Shown in pieces: positions 14,541-22,798 of a DNA stretch of 34,566 bases (its first letter is position 1; each line of letters starts with the position of its first letter). Below the pieces are notes generated by a model, which saw nothing but the letters and a program-made list of their open reading frames with translations, was not told the origin of the DNA and searched no databases. A program made the position numbers and the translations under genes. The stretch comes from a virus (lineage: Duplodnaviria; Caudoviricetes): IMG/VR virus record IMGVR_UViG_3300011918_000007, positions 1-34,566 of that record. One strand, given 5' to 3'.

Positions 14541-14813
14541 ATGAAAAAGCACGATAAACCTATTGAGCATAAAACCACGGGTAAGGGTAAGACCTACAAC
14601 CCAACGGAAAAAGGCGCAGGAATGACCGCCAAAGGTCGTGCTGAATACAATGCAAAGAACAACTCTAACTTGAAGCCACCAGCGCCAAACCCAAAGACCA
14701 AGGCAGATGAAGGCCGCAAGGCAAGTTTCTGTGCAAGGATGGAAGGCGTAGTAAAGAACGCCAAAGGCCCAGCCGAGCGAGCCAAGGCATCATTAAAGAA
14801 CTGGAACTGCTAA
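14541..14813 (+). CDS. Basic phage protein (RKASFCARM motif)
   Basis: G.T.KGR..YN, NLK.P, R.SFCARM, SL..W.C; SD AGGAG. Confidence 0.75.
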   Translation: MKKHDKPIEHKTTGKGKTYNPTEKGAGMTAKGRAEYNAKNNSNLKPPAPNPKTKADEGRKASFCARMEGVVKNAKGPAERAKASLKNWNC

Positions 14814-14974
14814 TGTCAAAACCTGGACTGTACGCAAACATTCACGCCAAGCAAGAACGCATAGAGCGCCAAAAGGCTGCTGGCAAGCCTACTGAAAAGA
14901 TGAGAACGCCTAGCACTAAGGGTGCGCCCACAGCCAAAGCGTTTAAAGAAGCCGCAAAGACTGCCAAAAAATGA
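14813..14974 (+). CDS. Small basic protein (53 aa)
   Basis: MSKPGLYANIHAKQERI...GAPTAKAFKEAAKTAKK; TAATG and ATGA coupling. Confidence 0.7.
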   Translation: MSKPGLYANIHAKQERIERQKAAGKPTEKMRTPSTKGAPTAKAFKEAAKTAKK

Positions 14975-15375
14975 CCGAAACTAAGCGCCCTGTTGGTAGA
15001 CCAAGCCTATATGACCCATCATTCTGTGATGAGGTTGTAGCATTAGGGCGCGTAGGTAAATCTGTTGAGCAAATTGCGGCCATTCTGAACGTTTCATTAA
15101 GAACAATGTATTCGTGGCGTGATGCACATGAAGAATTTTTGCACGCCTTGGATGATGCCAAGACTTATGAGCAAGCATGGTGGGAAGAACAAGCCGCTGC
15201 TTACATGGTCGAGAACAAGGAAAGTGACCGCTTAAACGCTTCGCTATGGTCGCGGTCAATGGCGGCAAGGTTTCCTAAGAAGTACCGTGAAAGCACAAAG
15301 ACCGAGATTACGGGTGTTGATGGAACGCCGCTACTGGCTGGCATCCAAGTCACCTTTGTAAAGCCTAATGAGTGA
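14971..15375 (+). CDS. Terminase small subunit
   Basis: GRPS.Y, HTH (SVEQIAAILNVSLRTMYSW), EF..A; immediately upstream of TerL. Confidence 0.85.
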   Translation: MTETKRPVGRPSLYDPSFCDEVVALGRVGKSVEQIAAILNVSLRTMYSWRDAHEEFLHALDDAKTYEQAWWEEQAAAYMVENKESDRLNASLWSRSMAARFPKKYRESTKTEITGVDGTPLLAGIQVTFVKPNE

Positions 15376-16651
15376 CATACAGGGCGCAATAGCTAAAGCA
15401 CAGTTCCCGATCAAGCTGCAATGCTTGTTTGAAAAGTCACGCTACAAGGTTCTTTACGGTGGTCGTGGTGGCGCTAAATCATGGGGTGTTGCTAGGGCGC
15501 TGCTGATTAAGGCGGCAAAAGACCCGTTACGCATACTGTGCGCCCGTGAGTTTCAGACCTCAATTCGGGATTCGGTGCATAAGCTGTTGTGCGACCAGAT
15601 TGAGGCGCTTGGGCTACTTGGGTTCTATGAGATTACCCAAAACACAATCAGGGGCAAAAACGGCTCTGAATTTAGCTTTGTTGGCTTAAAGAACAATGTG
15701 GCCAACGTCAAGTCTTATGAAGGCGTAGACATTTGTTGGGTAGAAGAAGCGCAGACAACTAGCCGATTAAGCTGGAACGTGCTGATTCCTACTATCCGCA
15801 AAGAAGGCTCAGAAATCTGGATTACGTTTAACCCAGAGTTAGAGACTGACGAGACTTATCAAAGATTTGTCATTCACAAGCCTGACAACGCAATCGTTCA
15901 AAAGATTAACTGGTCTGATAACCCTTGGTTTCCTGACACGTTGCGGGATGAGAAAGATGCGCTAAAAGGCCGCGACCCTGAAGCCTATAACGTGGTGTGG
16001 GAAGGTTTGTGCCGCCAAACGGTTGATGGCGCTGTGTTTGCCAAAGAGATGCAACTAGCTGAGTTGGATAGCCGCATCACAAAAGTTAACTACGACCCAA
16101 CAAAGCCCGTACACGCCATTTTTGACTTGGGTTGGTCTGATGCTACGGCTATTTGGTTCTTACAGTTTGTGGGCATGGAAACCCGCTTGATTCGCTATAT
16201 TGAAGGAAATCAGCAGACCATGAGCGACTACTTAGCCAAAATGCAGACGTTTGGCTATATCTATGATACGTTGTGGTTGCCGCACGATGCTGAGAACAAG
16301 ACGCTTGCAGGCAATGGCCGCAGCATTGAGGAAATTGTTAGGACTGCTGGCTACAAGACCAAGATCATTCCACGAACGCCAATCATGGACAGCATCAACG
16401 CTGCCAGAACAATCTTTAGAAATTGCTGGTTTGACCGCGACAACTGCCATGACGGGTTGCAATGCCTGCGGCACTACCGTTACGATGTAGACCCTGACAC
16501 AAAGCAATTTAGCAAAACACCCGTTCACGACCAATATTCACATGGCGCAGACGCTTTTCGCTACATTGGTTTGATGATTAACGAACCCAAAGAGCGCAGA
16601 AGGCCAAAGCAGACGCAATATTATGGTGGCGCACACGGCTGGATGGGGTAG
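15368..16651 (+). CDS. Terminase large subunit (PBSX/XtmB type)
   Basis: Walker A YGGRGGAKS, Walker B WVEEA, FNP, nuclease DLG..D and H.ADAFRY. Confidence 0.95.
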   Translation: MSDIQGAIAKAQFPIKLQCLFEKSRYKVLYGGRGGAKSWGVARALLIKAAKDPLRILCAREFQTSIRDSVHKLLCDQIEALGLLGFYEITQNTIRGKNGSEFSFVGLKNNVANVKSYEGVDICWVEEAQTTSRLSWNVLIPTIRKEGSEIWITFNPELETDETYQRFVIHKPDNAIVQKINWSDNPWFPDTLRDEKDALKGRDPEAYNVVWEGLCRQTVDGAVFAKEMQLAELDSRITKVNYDPTKPVHAIFDLGWSDATAIWFLQFVGMETRLIRYIEGNQQTMSDYLAKMQTFGYIYDTLWLPHDAENKTLAGNGRSIEEIVRTAGYKTKIIPRTPIMDSINAARTIFRNCWFDRDNCHDGLQCLRHYRYDVDPDTKQFSKTPVHDQYSHGADAFRYIGLMINEPKERRRPKQTQYYGGAHGWMG

Positions 16652-16659
16652 ACGTATAA

Positions 16660-16731
16660 TGCAAAAAGCCTAGAAGCGGGAGCTTGCTAGGCTTTTCTAA
16701 CCACTTGATAAAGGAGCTATCGCATGGGTGA
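16660..16731 (-). ncRNA. Predicted cis-antisense RNA to HNH copy 3, ending in hairpin terminator
   Basis: Minus-strand -10 TAAAAT at 16737-16742; AAAAGCCTAG/CTAGGCTTTT hairpin at 16664-16696. Confidence 0.45.
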
Positions 16732-17218
16732 TTCAGATTTTACATTGACCAAAGACCTTTTAAACGAGGTGTTTGATTACAACGGCGAAACTCTTTACTG
16801 GAAAATATCCACAAGAGGACATAGAGTTGGTCAAGAAGCTGGTTCAATTGCCAGCGGTTACTATTGCGTAAAGTTTAATAATAAACTTTATAAAGCACAC
16901 CGTTTGATTTATTTAATGGTTCATGGGGTTTTGCCTGACTTAATTGACCATGTTGATGGCAATCCATTAAACAACAAAATTGAAAATCTTAGAGCTGCAA
17001 CCAAAGCAGAAAACGGATTTAATCGCAAAATTAACAAAAACAGTAGCACTGGCGTTAAAGGCGTTAGTTGGGATGGACAATCAGGAAAGTACAAAGCTAG
17101 ATGTTGGGTCAACAAAAAAGTCCACACATTAGGCTTATTTAACACTATTGAAGAAGCTGCAATTGTCGTAAAATCGGCAAGAGAGCGACTTCATGGTGAG
17201 TTTGCCCGACATTCATAA
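16724..17218 (+). CDS. HNH endonuclease with AP2-like domain (copy 3)
   Basis: HRLIY, IDHVDGN..NN.IENLR.AT..EN..N, TGVKGVSW; paralog of 13276..13779. Confidence 0.9.
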   Translation: MGDSDFTLTKDLLNEVFDYNGETLYWKISTRGHRVGQEAGSIASGYYCVKFNNKLYKAHRLIYLMVHGVLPDLIDHVDGNPLNNKIENLRAATKAENGFNRKINKNSSTGVKGVSWDGQSGKYKARCWVNKKVHTLGLFNTIEEAAIVVKSARERLHGEFARHS

Positions 17219-17226
17219 GGCTACAC

Positions 17227-19338
17227 ATGGCAGATGATTACGACCCAAGAATTCAAGAAGCCGTAGAGTTTTTAAAACTCGCTAACGAGGCTGATACAAA
17301 TAACCGTCAAGAGGCTCTTGAAGACCTCAAGTTTGGCGGCGGCGATCAATGGCCTGTGGAGTTGCAAAACTCTCGCAATCTAGAATCACGCCCCGTTATT
17401 GTGGTTAACAAGGTAGACAACTATTGCCGCCAAGTTTGTAACCAGCAGCGCCAGCAACGACCACGAATTAAAGTTCATGCTGTTAATACGCAGCAGGACA
17501 TGGTTGACGCACAAGTTATTCAGGGCGTGATTCGCCATATTGAAGTTAACTCAAACGCCGATCACGCTTACGACAACGCGTTTGAATATGCTGTTCGTAT
17601 GGGTTGGGGTTATGTGCGTGTGCGTACAGACTACGTTTCAGAAGATTCATTCGATCAAGAAATCTATATTGACCCCGTAGACAATCCGTTTACTGTTTAC
17701 TTTGACCCTAATTCCGTTGCCCCTGATGGTTCTGACGCTGACCGTTGTTTAATTACAACAATGATGCCAAAGAAGGAATTTGCAAAGTTGTATCCAGATG
17801 CAAATGATGGCAATGGCACATCGTTTACGCAGCGCGGTACTGGTGACAGCCAATCAGAATGGATTACCAAAGAGGACATTCGCCTTGCTGAGTATTACTA
17901 CACGGTGCGCGAGAAGGCCACGTTGTATCAGTTAAGCGATGGTTCTAGCACCTTTGCTGAAGACAAAGATGTGTTTGCTCGTTTGGCTATGGCTGGCATT
18001 ACGGTCATTGACCAGCGCAAGTCATACAAGAAAACCATTAAATACTGCAAGCTAACCGCCAACGAAATCATTGAAGAAGGCACATGGGCTGGCCGCTATA
18101 TCCCAATCGTGCCTGTTTATGGCCGTCATTTGGTTGTGGGCGACAAGCGTAAGAAATTTGGCATGATTCGCAATGCCAAAGACCCGCAGCGTATGTATAA
18201 CTTCTGGCAGACTTCTATTACCGAAGGCGTTGCACTGGCTCCAAAAGCCAAGTGGTTGATTGCTGAAGGTCAAGACGAAGGCCACGAAAACGATTGGGCG
18301 CAGGCAAACATTAAGTCTTTCCCGCTGTTGCGTTACAAGCAGACAGATATTGAAGGCCGACCAGCACCAGTTCCAACACGCTTACAACCAGAGCCGCCAC
18401 AGCAAGGCATTATGATGGCCGCTGCTGGTGTGGATGATGATATTAAGTCAATCATGGGTGTGTTTGACCCTGCACAGCTAGGCCAAGGCAACATTTCTGG
18501 CAAGGCTTTGAACGGCCAACAGCAACAAGTTGACCTGACTAATTACGATTATTACGACAACCTGACCCGCTCTATCTCGCACATTGGTAGGATTTGTTTG
18601 GATTTGATTCCTAAAATCTACGACACACAGCGCGTTATGCGGATTATTGGTGATGATGGCAAGCCAGAGTTGTTGACAATGAACCAGCGCGAAGCAACAG
18701 GCCGAATCTTGAATGACCTGACCATTGGCCAATATGATGTGGTGATGGACACAGGCCCAGGCTACGATAGCAAGCGCCAAGAAGCTGTGGCAAGCATTGG
18801 CCCGATTCTGGCGGCTGACCCCGCTTTGATGGAAAAGATTGGCGATCTATATTTCAGAAACCAAGACTTTCCAGGCGCAGACGTTATTGCAGACCGCTTG
18901 GCTACGCTTAATCCGCTGGCACAGATTGATGACAAATCTGACATTCCGCCGCAAGTTCAGATGCAATTGGCGCAATCCAAGAAGCAGATGGAAGATATGC
19001 AACAGCAAATGCAAGCAATGGCACTTGACCTGAAATATGGTCAGTCTGTGGCTCAAATCAAAGAAGAAGGCAACAACAAGCGCAAGCTGATGGATTTGAC
19101 TTCACGCGCCCACAACACTGAGACAATGGCTGAAGTACGTGTCAATGACCAGAACACCCGTTCAATCACAAGTCAGAACAAGACTGAGATTGACGCAATT
19201 GTTCAGCTTCTGTTGCACAACATGGACACTAGCCGAATCCTGCAAGAAATTGAAAGACGCAACGCAGACCAACTGCAAGCGGCGCAATTTGCAGTGTCGG
19301 ACATTGATAACGAACAAAACCCCTTGATGGGACAATGA
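17227..19338 (+). CDS. P22-like portal protein
   Basis: 703 aa; F..G.QW, RP....N, YIPIVPVYG, KDPQR.YN, SG.A; Q-rich C-terminal barrel helix. Confidence 0.93.
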   Translation: MADDYDPRIQEAVEFLKLANEADTNNRQEALEDLKFGGGDQWPVELQNSRNLESRPVIVVNKVDNYCRQVCNQQRQQRPRIKVHAVNTQQDMVDAQVIQGVIRHIEVNSNADHAYDNAFEYAVRMGWGYVRVRTDYVSEDSFDQEIYIDPVDNPFTVYFDPNSVAPDGSDADRCLITTMMPKKEFAKLYPDANDGNGTSFTQRGTGDSQSEWITKEDIRLAEYYYTVREKATLYQLSDGSSTFAEDKDVFARLAMAGITVIDQRKSYKKTIKYCKLTANEIIEEGTWAGRYIPIVPVYGRHLVVGDKRKKFGMIRNAKDPQRMYNFWQTSITEGVALAPKAKWLIAEGQDEGHENDWAQANIKSFPLLRYKQTDIEGRPAPVPTRLQPEPPQQGIMMAAAGVDDDIKSIMGVFDPAQLGQGNISGKALNGQQQQVDLTNYDYYDNLTRSISHIGRICLDLIPKIYDTQRVMRIIGDDGKPELLTMNQREATGRILNDLTIGQYDVVMDTGPGYDSKRQEAVASIGPILAADPALMEKIGDLYFRNQDFPGADVIADRLATLNPLAQIDDKSDIPPQVQMQLAQSKKQMEDMQQQMQAMALDLKYGQSVAQIKEEGNNKRKLMDLTSRAHNTETMAEVRVNDQNTRSITSQNKTEIDAIVQLLLHNMDTSRILQEIERRNADQLQAAQFAVSDIDNEQNPLMGQ

Positions 19339-19352
19339 TTCTGTGGTAGATT
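19324..19352 (+). promoter_or_regulatory. Internal promoter for scaffold/capsid genes
   Basis: TTGATG-N17-TAGATT with extended -10 TGn. Confidence 0.6.
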
Positions 19353-19404
19353 AACCACAACCTTACCCGTCAGGTAGACGGGGCAAATTCGGAGTGACAA
19401 CGTA

Positions 19405-20307
19405 ATGTCTGAAAAAAATGCAGGTCAAGTTTTGACCAGCGAAAACGCAGCGGAATTTTATGCAAACAGATTAGGTTTAGCTGAATCACCAGCTCCTGCC
19501 GAGGCTGTGGAAGAATCCACAGAGCCGACAGAAGCAGTTGAACAGAGTGAACCTGAAGAAGCAGAAGCCGAAGCAAAACAAGAGGGTGAGCGTAAGCAAA
19601 ATCCTAAACTTGAGCGCCGTTTTTCTGAGATTACCAAGCAACGTGAAGAAGCGCGTAAAGAAGCGCAACAAGAACGTGAAGCAAGGCAAGCTCTGGAAGC
19701 GCGTTTGGCAGCTTTAGAAAACAATACACAGCCCAAAAAGGCTGAGTTTGTAGACGAAAAGCCGCAACCTAGCCAGTTCAGTGATGCGTTTGAATATGCT
19801 GAAGCTCTTGCAGAGTACACAGCCGACAAACGAATCAGTGAAATGAAGCAACAAGAAGCGCAAGCTAAAGAAGCCGAGCAACGCCAAAAGGTAATTACCC
19901 AATGGACTGCAAAGGTGGAATCAGCCAAGCAATCGTTGCCTGATTTTGATGACATTGTTGCATCGAGTGATGTGGTCGTAAATGACGACATTCGTGATGC
20001 CATTCTGGAGAGTGACGTAGGCCCACAAATCCTGTATCACCTAGCTGAGAACGATGAAGTCGCTAAGAAAATCGCTGGTTTGTCGCCAAAGCAAGCGTTG
20101 CGAGAGATTGGGAAGTTGGAAGCTCGTTTCGAGGCAAAGCCCGAAGCTGAGAAGCCAGCCCCTATTGTTAGAAGTAAAGCACCAGCACCGATTCAACCGA
20201 TTCGCGGGGGTAAGAACACGCCTGATGTGCCATTAGATTCCAATGGGGTCTTTTTTGGAACGGCAGCGCAGTGGAAAGAACTCCGTAAAGCGGGAAAAAT
20301 TCGGTAA
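19405..20307 (+). CDS. Scaffolding protein
   Basis: Acidic, coiled-coil protein between portal and coat; basic C-terminal helix. Confidence 0.85.
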   Translation: MSEKNAGQVLTSENAAEFYANRLGLAESPAPAEAVEESTEPTEAVEQSEPEEAEAEAKQEGERKQNPKLERRFSEITKQREEARKEAQQEREARQALEARLAALENNTQPKKAEFVDEKPQPSQFSDAFEYAEALAEYTADKRISEMKQQEAQAKEAEQRQKVITQWTAKVESAKQSLPDFDDIVASSDVVVNDDIRDAILESDVGPQILYHLAENDEVAKKIAGLSPKQALREIGKLEARFEAKPEAEKPAPIVRSKAPAPIQPIRGGKNTPDVPLDSNGVFFGTAAQWKELRKAGKIR

Positions 20308-20331
20308 ACCTAATCTTTTTGAAAGCAAAAA

Positions 20332-21588
20332 ATGGCAAATAATCTCTTAACCATTAGCAAGATCACCAACGAAGCGTTGATGGTCTTGGAAAACGAACTA
20401 ACCTTCACATCTGAAGTTGACCGCAACTATGATGACCAATTCGCCGTTACTGGCGCAAAAATCGGCGCAACCGTTAACGTTCGCCGCCCTGGTCGTTTCA
20501 TCGGTACAACTGGCCCCGCTTTGAACGTTGAAGACTTCAACGAGACTAGCGTTCCAGTTACCCTGTCTACTCAGTTCCACGTTGATACCCAATTCACTAC
20601 ACAAGATTTGGCTCTGTCTTTGGATATGTTCTCTGACCGTGTGTTGAAGCCTGCAATTGCAGCGATCGCTAACAAGATCGACCGTGATGGCTTGGCTATG
20701 GCTACCCTGCAAACTGCCAACATTGTTGGTACTGCTGGCACACCACCCACAGGTTTGATCACTTATCTGACTGCTGGCGCGTTCTTGGACAGCGAAGGCG
20801 CACCCCGCGATGGCCGCCGTTCATGTATCGTTGAACCCTTCACATCTGCAACTATTGTTGACAGCTTGAAAGGTTTGTTTGCTCCTAATCAAAAGATTAG
20901 CGAACAATACGAAAAAGGCATGATGGGTACTGACAGCGCAGGCATGAAGTGGAAAATGGACCAGAACGTTGTGTCTCAAGTGTTTGGCGCTAACAGCACA
21001 ACCACCGTGACCGCTTCTGTTGCTACTACCACAGCTACTGGTTTCTTGACTAGCGGCTGGGCATCTAGCTCCACCATCACTTTGACCGCCGCCAACACAG
21101 GTACATTGAACCTGAACGCTGGTGACGTTATCACTATTGCTGGCGTGTTTGCTGTTAACCCACAAAACCGCCAAGCCTACGGCACTAACCGCCTGCGTAA
21201 CTTTGTTGTTAAGTCAACTGTTGCTATCGCTTCTGGTGCTTCTGGCTCTGTGGTTGTGTCTCCTGCTGTGATTACTGCTGGTCAGTTCCAGAACGTGTCT
21301 ATCCCGACTACTTCTGCTACTGCCGCTGTGACCCAATTCAACAGCACAGGTGTTGTGTCTCCACAAAACATCATCATGCACAAAAACGCTTTCACTTTGG
21401 CAGTAGCCGATTTGGAATTGCCTGAAGGTGTGCATTTTGCTGGCCGCGCTTCTGATAAAGAAATCGGCTTGTCAATGCGTGTGGTGCGTCAGTACACAAT
21501 CAACAACGACAGCATCCCAACTCGTTTGGATGTTCTCTACGGTTGGGCGCCTTTGTACCCTGAATTGGCTTGCCGCGTTGCAGCCTAA
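20332..21588 (+). CDS. Major capsid protein (P22 coat/gp5 family)
   Basis: N.LLT...IT.EAL.VLEN, KIG.T..VR.P, RLDVLYG; strong codon bias. Confidence 0.93.
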   Translation: MANNLLTISKITNEALMVLENELTFTSEVDRNYDDQFAVTGAKIGATVNVRRPGRFIGTTGPALNVEDFNETSVPVTLSTQFHVDTQFTTQDLALSLDMFSDRVLKPAIAAIANKIDRDGLAMATLQTANIVGTAGTPPTGLITYLTAGAFLDSEGAPRDGRRSCIVEPFTSATIVDSLKGLFAPNQKISEQYEKGMMGTDSAGMKWKMDQNVVSQVFGANSTTTVTASVATTTATGFLTSGWASSSTITLTAANTGTLNLNAGDVITIAGVFAVNPQNRQAYGTNRLRNFVVKSTVAIASGASGSVVVSPAVITAGQFQNVSIPTTSATAAVTQFNSTGVVSPQNIIMHKNAFTLAVADLELPEGVHFAGRASDKEIGLSMRVVRQYTINNDSIPTRLDVLYGWAPLYPELACRVAA

Positions 21589-21592
21589 ATCT

Positions 21593-21620
21593 GATGGGGG
21601 CGTAAAAACCCCCGTTATTT
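21593..21620 (+). terminator. Hairpin after coat gene (weak terminator or RNA stabiliser)
   Basis: GATGGGGG-cgtaaaaa-CCCCCGTT followed by ATTT. Confidence 0.5.
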
Positions 21621-21641
21621 AAAACTTTTAAGGAATTTATC

Positions 21642-22019
21642 ATGCCTAATCCAGGACCAGCAACCACCATCACCCAAGAATCGTTTGCCCCAATGACAAA
21701 CGTTGTCAAGGGTGGCGTGTTCTCTCTCTCCTTGACCCCCGCAGCAGTTGCAACCATCACCACCGCAGCCCAAAACTTTGCCAGTACTGGCATTGGCTTG
21801 GCAGTTGGCGACATGGTTTCTGTGGCTTTTAACGGCGCTCAGACTGCTGGCGTTGGCGTTCTTGACGCTTATGTTTCTGCTGCTGACCAGTTGACCATCC
21901 GCTTTGTAAACCCAACCGCAGCGAGCGTAACTCCTGCTGCTGGCGCTTACTTGGTGTCTGTGCAGCGTCCAAGCACCCTAACTGGCTCGACTGCAACTTC
22001 TCCATTGCTTTCTTGGTAA
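21642..22019 (+). CDS. Putative capsid decoration protein, paralog 1
   Basis: Beta-rich, Ala/Thr/Val-rich; follows coat; similar to 22110..22436. Confidence 0.55.
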   Translation: MPNPGPATTITQESFAPMTNVVKGGVFSLSLTPAAVATITTAAQNFASTGIGLAVGDMVSVAFNGAQTAGVGVLDAYVSAADQLTIRFVNPTAASVTPAAGAYLVSVQRPSTLTGSTATSPLLSW

Positions 22020-22038
22020 GCTGGAAGAAATAAGAACG

Positions 22039-22072
22039 GGCCACTCTCAAAAGGGGTGGCCTTTTCTTTTTT
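22039..22072 (+). terminator. Intrinsic terminator
   Basis: GGCCACTC-tcaaaa-GGGGTGGCC followed by TTTTCTTTTTT. Confidence 0.8.
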
Positions 22073-22109
22073 ATCGTACAATCAAATTGTTCTTTTGTAA
22101 GGAATCATC

Positions 22110-22436
22110 ATGCCTTCTACCACCATTGCCCGTGGAAACTCCCTTTCTACTTTCTACATTGCACCAAGCCTGACACCAGTTTCTGTTGCCGCTAATACAA
22201 CTGCTGCACAAACTTTTAGCATTGCTGGTTTGCAAACAACTGACATCGTGACCGTGATCGGCATGAATGTGGCTCAAATTGCTGGCATCGTTATCGCACA
22301 AGCTGATTGCTTGACTGCTAACGTCTTGACCATTCAGTTTGGTAACTTGACTGCTGCTGGCGTTGTGCCTACTGCTGGTGTTTACAACATCCAGATCGTT
22401 CGCGCTGAAGGCCCGTTGCCTGTAACTGCTGTCTAA
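22110..22436 (+). CDS. Putative capsid decoration protein, paralog 2
   Basis: LTP..VA..TTAAQ.F...GL...D.V.V...AG......LTI.F.N.TAA.V.P.AG.Y shared with paralog 1; SD TAAGGA. Confidence 0.55.
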   Translation: MPSTTIARGNSLSTFYIAPSLTPVSVAANTTAAQTFSIAGLQTTDIVTVIGMNVAQIAGIVIAQADCLTANVLTIQFGNLTAAGVVPTAGVYNIQIVRAEGPLPVTAV

Positions 22437-22438
22437 TC

Positions 22439-22789
22439 ATGGCCGCTACATCTGTCTTGCGTGTTGCAGGAAATACACAAGCTATTTCCGTAACAGCTAC
22501 ATCGTCTACTGCATTGGAAATCAAAGCAGGCTATACCAACGACCAAGTTAACTTTGTTTCTGTCCTAAATACAGGCTCTGTGCCTGTTGCGGTGAAATTT
22601 GGTGACGCTAACGTTGGTGCAGCCGTGTTTCCAGTTGCAGGCTCAACAGAAGGTGACTACGTTTTGCCAGCACTAATGACAAGACCAGTTATCTTGGCTG
22701 TCCCCGCAGCCCCTTTCTATGTTCGTGCTATCGGTTCTGCCGCTGGCCCGTCTATTTTGTACGTCACACCTGTTGGCGACCAATCCTAA
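22439..22789 (+). CDS. Small beta-sandwich virion protein
   Basis: Beta-strand pattern; structural gene cluster. Confidence 0.55.
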   Translation: MAATSVLRVAGNTQAISVTATSSTALEIKAGYTNDQVNFVSVLNTGSVPVAVKFGDANVGAAVFPVAGSTEGDYVLPALMTRPVILAVPAAPFYVRAIGSAAGPSILYVTPVGDQS

Positions 22790-22798
22790 AGGGGTTTT

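Noticed and set aside
16724-17218. HK97 gp74-type packaging HNH, or intron-encoded nuclease
   Set aside because: It has HNH-AP2 architecture like the other two copies; terL and portal look intact and no group I intron core is visible.
19458-20003. 181-aa minus-strand ORF and similar antisense ORFs within structural genes
   Set aside because: Shadow frames of codon-biased genes; low-complexity translations with no SD or recognisable motifs.
21591-21620. Hammerhead-like CUGAUG followed by hairpin after the coat gene
   Set aside because: Reads CUGAUGG not CUGANGA and no GAAA follows the stem; treated as a plain hairpin.
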